Positions 53,659-56,546 of a stretch of 56,546 nt of DNA are shown piece by piece (positions within the stretch are counted from its first letter, which is position 1; every line of letters begins with the position of its first letter). The DNA comes from Clostridia bacterium (lineage in GTDB: Bacteria > Bacillota > Clostridia > Oscillospirales > Acutalibacteraceae): NCBI GenBank assembly GCA_017387475.1, contig JAFOFE010000034.1, positions 1-56,546 on the forward strand, read 5' to 3'. The notes under the pieces are model-generated. The model was given only the letters and a program-made list of their open reading frames with translations. It searched no databases and had not been told where the DNA came from. The translations under genes were made by a program, and so were the position numbers.

Positions 53659-54873
53659 TTAATTGTTTTCAAGAAGTCTATCCATTATAGAAGGACCGTG
53701 TTCAATAAAGTTTCCGGTAGAAGCAGCAGTAGCTTCGGTAAAGGTATCAACACCGTTTAAAGCCTTTCTGCTATCGTAAATTAAATAGGGAACAGGGTCG
53801 GATGAATGTGTCTTTGTAATAAGTGGTGTTGGGTGGTCGGGGCAAATAAGAATTCTAAAGTCTTCGCCCGAAGAAACTAAATAATCTTTAACCCTTTTAA
53901 GAACCAACTCATCAATAAGGCCAATAGCCTTAACCTTGTTTTCAGGTTCGCAACGGTGTCCGCATTCGTCGGGGGCTTCTACGTGAATATAAACAAGCTC
54001 TGTGCCTTTTTTGAATTCTTCAATTGCTGCGTCTGCCTTACCAACAAAGTTAGTGTCAATATATCCGGTTGCGCCAACAACTTCGGGTGTGGACATTCCT
54101 GCGCAAATACCAATACCTTTAAGTAGGTCAACTGCCGAAATTACTGCGCCACTAACACCGTTCTTTTGCTTAAAGTTTTCAACAACGGGCTTTGTGCCTT
54201 CGCCCCAAAGCCATATAGAGTTTGCAGGTCTTTCACCCTTTTGAATACGCTTAATATTAACAGGGTGATCCTTTAAGAAATCGTAACTTTTCTTCATAAG
54301 CTCAATAAGTGGTTTTGCGTTTTCGTGACGGCTTAAATATTCGCCAACAACTCTGCCACTAATGTCGTGGGGAGGTGTCATATTACCAAGTTTGGTAGTT
54401 CCACCGTCTACAACAAGGCAGTGTCTGTAGCTAACGCCCGAATAGAAACGGTAAATATCGTTGCCAAGCTTTTCTTCAACTGTCTTTATAATCTCGCGTG
54501 CTTCTTCGGTAGAAATATCGCCTGCGCAGTAATCTACCATAGTTTTATCTTCGTAATTTTCTTCGTCAGACAAAGTAACAATGTTGCAACGAAGTGTAAC
54601 GTCGGTATCCTTAAGGTCGATACCAATGCTTGCAGCTTCAAGTGGGGAACGACCTGTGTAGCTTACTAGTGGGTCGTAACCCATAACAGAAAGGTTAGCA
54701 ACGTCGCTGCCGGGCTTTAAGCCTGCTGCAACTGTCTTGCAAAGACCAACTTCAGAAATTTTAGCAAGAGCATCCATATTAGGCTTTTCTGCTAATTCCA
54801 TTGGAGTTTTGCCGTTTAAATAATCAGACGGAGTATCTGCCATTCCATCGCATAATACAACTAAATATTTCAT
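53659..54873 (-). CDS. apgM: Cofactor-independent phosphoglycerate mutase, archaeal-type (ApgM family)
   Basis: MKYLVVLCDGMADTP N-terminus, PGSDVANLS, HVEAPDECGH, CPDHPTP. Confidence 0.9.
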   Translation of the reverse strand: MKYLVVLCDGMADTPSDYLNGKTPMELAEKPNMDALAKISEVGLCKTVAAGLKPGSDVANLSVMGYDPLVSYTGRSPLEAASIGIDLKDTDVTLRCNIVTLSDEENYEDKTMVDYCAGDISTEEAREIIKTVEEKLGNDIYRFYSGVSYRHCLVVDGGTTKLGNMTPPHDISGRVVGEYLSRHENAKPLIELMKKSYDFLKDHPVNIKRIQKGERPANSIWLWGEGTKPVVENFKQKNGVSGAVISAVDLLKGIGICAGMSTPEVVGATGYIDTNFVGKADAAIEEFKKGTELVYIHVEAPDECGHRCEPENKVKAIGLIDELVLKRVKDYLVSSGEDFRILICPDHPTPLITKTHSSDPVPYLIYDSRKALNGVDTFTEATAASTGNFIEHGPSIMDRLLENN

Positions 54874-55002
54874 TTTTGTACCACCTTTTAGAAATATAGT
54901 TTAATTATATTCCTAAAAGGAGTAGTTGTAAAGAAAAAACACTTTATTATTTTATAAAAATGTTATATTATATAAAATATAGTTAAAAAAGGTGGTGATA
55001 AA

Positions 55003-56546
55003 ATGCAAAAAGTAGAGGTGCTTTCTCCCGTAGGCAATAGCGAAATGCTTTTGGCTGCTGTAAGAAGTGGCGCAGATGCCGTTTATTTAGGTCTTGAAAA
55101 TTTCAATGCCAGAAGAAATGCCGAAAACTTTACTATCGAATCTTTAAAGGAAGCAGTTGCATTTTGTCATATCCGTGGTGTTAAGGTGTATTTAACCCTT
55201 AATATAATGCTTAAAGACGACGAAATAGAAAACGCCGTAAAAGAAACCGTACTAGCTGCACAGTGTGGAATAGACGGCGTTATAACTGCCGATGTTGGCT
55301 TTGTGTCGCTTCTTCATAAAACCCTGCCAACACTTCCAATTCACGCTTCAACCCAAATGACGGTTCATTCTGTTTCTGCAATAAAGCCACTTAAAGAAAT
55401 GGGCTTTTGCCGTGTTGTAGTATCCCGTGAAATGAGCAAAGCAGAACTTACCGTATTTTGTCAAGAAGCCAAAAAACAAAATATGGAAGTGGAAGTTTTC
55501 GTTCACGGCGCGCTTTGTATGTGCATGTCGGGTCAATGTCTGCTTTCGGCAATGCTTGGTGGCAGAAGTGGTAACCGTGGTCTTTGCGCAGGTCCTTGCC
55601 GTTTGCCTTTTTCTGTTATCGGTGGCGAAAATTACGATTTAAGTCTTAAAGATTTATCTCTTGTTGAATACTTAAATGAACTAAAAGATATGGGGGTTGC
55701 ATCCCTTAAAATAGAAGGTAGAATGAAACGACCCGAATATGTTGCTGCTGCAACTGCAGCCTGTCGCCAAATGTTAGATTGTGGCAGGGTAGACCCCAAT
55801 ATCAACGGTGCGCTTTCGGCAGTCTTTTCGCGTTCAGGCTTTACCGATGGATATTATAAAGGCAACCTTGACAAAGATATGTTTGGCATTAGAACAAAAG
55901 ATGACGTCATTGCTTCGGACGAAGCCTTTAGTGTTATCCACGAACTTTATCGAAACGAACGCCAAAGTGTTGAAATAAACGGTCAAGTTACCATTGCAGA
56001 AAACACCCCTTGCACCATCACGGTTACCGACGGGGCAAACACTGTAACAGTTTGTGGCGATATTCCCGAAAAAGCAATTAACCGTCCGTTAGATGCAAAC
56101 TCGGTTAAGGAAAGAATAGAAAAAACGGGTTCAACACCGTACTTCTTTAAAAACCTTGATATACAGCTTGAAAACGGTCTTGTTTTGCGTGCATCTGCAC
56201 TTAACGCGCTTCGCAGAGATGCACTCGACAAACTATCGGAACTTCGTGCAAAAACAAAAGAATATGCGCCCAATTATTCTAGCCTTTCTAAAGCAGAAGG
56301 TGTAAAATCAAAAGAACTTAAAACCTATGTCCGTATAGATAATATTTCGCAGCTAACACCTTTAGCTAAACAGGCAGATATGCTGATTGTGCCGATAGAT
56401 ATAAGCATAGAAGATTTACCAAACAACGTAAACCTGGCTGTTGAATTGCCACGTGGCATTTCGAACGAAGATTATGTAAAAAATCGCCTTACTGCCTTTA
56501 GGGAAAAAGGCATTACCGTTGCTTTTTGCAGCACCCTTTCGGCAAA
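55003..56546 (+). CDS. Peptidase U32 family protein (collagenase-like / RNA hydroxylation family), 3'-truncated by the window edge
   Basis: Absent from the ORF track because it runs off the end. ATG 55003 follows AAGGTGGTG. VEVLSPVGN…AAVRSGADAVYLG, VKVYLTLN, EVFVHGALCMCMSGQCLLS (U32 signature), SLKIEGRMK. Confidence 0.9.
   Translation, partial: MQKVEVLSPVGNSEMLLAAVRSGADAVYLGLENFNARRNAENFTIESLKEAVAFCHIRGVKVYLTLNIMLKDDEIENAVKETVLAAQCGIDGVITADVGFVSLLHKTLPTLPIHASTQMTVHSVSAIKPLKEMGFCRVVVSREMSKAELTVFCQEAKKQNMEVEVFVHGALCMCMSGQCLLSAMLGGRSGNRGLCAGPCRLPFSVIGGENYDLSLKDLSLVEYLNELKDMGVASLKIEGRMKRPEYVAAATAACRQMLDCGRVDPNINGALSAVFSRSGFTDGYYKGNLDKDMFGIRTKDDVIASDEAFSVIHELYRNERQSVEINGQVTIAENTPCTITVTDGANTVTVCGDIPEKAINRPLDANSVKERIEKTGSTPYFFKNLDIQLENGLVLRASALNALRRDALDKLSELRAKTKEYAPNYSSLSKAEGVKSKELKTYVRIDNISQLTPLAKQADMLIVPIDISIEDLPNNVNLAVELPRGISNEDYVKNRLTAFREKGITVAFCSTLSA

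Overview
Chromosomal segment of a low-GC Firmicute, Clostridia-like by gene order, with hand-sampled GC of about 40% in core genes. The backbone is conserved housekeeping synteny. It runs miaB-ymcA-mutS-mutL-miaA, then the distal division cluster ylmE-sepF-ylmH-divIVA-ileS-lspA-rluD, then a split transketolase. Further on come a ttcA-like gene and comM, a capsule regulatory module (cpsC-cpsD-cpsB-capD), thiN / TPP riboswitch / thiT, a SufC/SufD-like pair, glyQS, apgM and a 3'-truncated U32 peptidase gene. Two tRNA-Leu genes (CAA and UAA anticodons) lie on the minus strand. The main accessory block is 21.2-41.5 kb, between transketolase and tRNA-Leu(UAA). It holds five co-directional genes: a signal-less beta-helix hydrolase, a GH16 lipoprotein, a 2868-aa surface protein, a signal-less GH20-like hydrolase and a 1955-aa surface protein. 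The two giant proteins together carry 11 paralogous ~310-aa beta-helix (GLUG-like) modules, plus CBM-like and Listeria-Bacteroides-repeat domains; one ends in a metallophosphoesterase and a dockerin-like segment. This is my best candidate for an uncharacterised cell-surface glycan-capture or adhesion system. Other points of interest: a three-gene sortase operon with a non-canonical sorting motif; an AT-rich orphan SMC coiled-coil fragment next to tRNA-Leu(CAA); a ~305-bp structured element bounded by inverted repeats that fills a convergent intergenic gap; and several consensus SigA-type promoters. I saw no CRISPR array, integrase, transposase, restriction-modification system or recognisable defence or toxin-antitoxin genes. 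All family assignments rest on motifs read by eye and need HMM or BLAST confirmation.
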